Below, in pieces: positions 63,966 through 64,000 of a DNA stretch of 64,000 bases. Origin of the DNA: Octopus vulgaris (lineage: Eukaryota); NCBI GenBank assembly GCA_951406725.2, contig OX597841.1:18166001-18230000 (forward strand), in the 5' to 3' direction. The position numbers and the translations under genes were made by a program. The notes under the pieces are model-generated. The model did no database searches. It was given only the letters and a program-made list of their open reading frames with translations, and had not been told where the DNA came from. Position 1 is the first letter of the stretch. Each line of letters opens with the position of its first letter.

Positions 63966-64000
63966 GTATTAGTATCTGTGTTTCTCTCCATCACTTTACA

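Overview
AT-rich, microsatellite-dense eukaryotic DNA. The repeat repertoire suggests an octopus or other coleoid cephalopod genome (inference). The only host gene I can support is the 3' part of a CYRI/FAM49 (CYFIP-related Rac1 interactor) gene on the minus strand. Four canonical, phase-consistent exons (30439-30518, 26470-26596, 25496-25566, 24328-24391) splice to [114 protein letters not shown] candidate 147-bp Ser-rich phase-0/0 exon lies upstream at 59504-59650. The rest is transposon-derived: a young, internally deleted Gypsy nested in a mariner; hAT, Tc1/mariner, Helitron and piggyBac-like elements; RTE, CR1-like, R4/Dong and probable DIRS/Ngaro relics; about 20 copies of one tRNA-derived SINE plus two other SINE families; and an LTR-like unit with a 28 x 50-bp CCAAT/E-box array. 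Most notable: (i) a type I hammerhead ribozyme with an intact core, in sense orientation about 0.9 kb past the CYRI stop codon; (ii) several small fold-back elements in (TA)n tracts with minimal or degenerate hammerhead cores (Penelope-like); (iii) a covarying 3' stem-loop shared by the dominant SINE and a CR1-like LINE. Most ORF-track entries are microsatellite translations. Repeat boundaries are approximate unless termini or TSDs are quoted.
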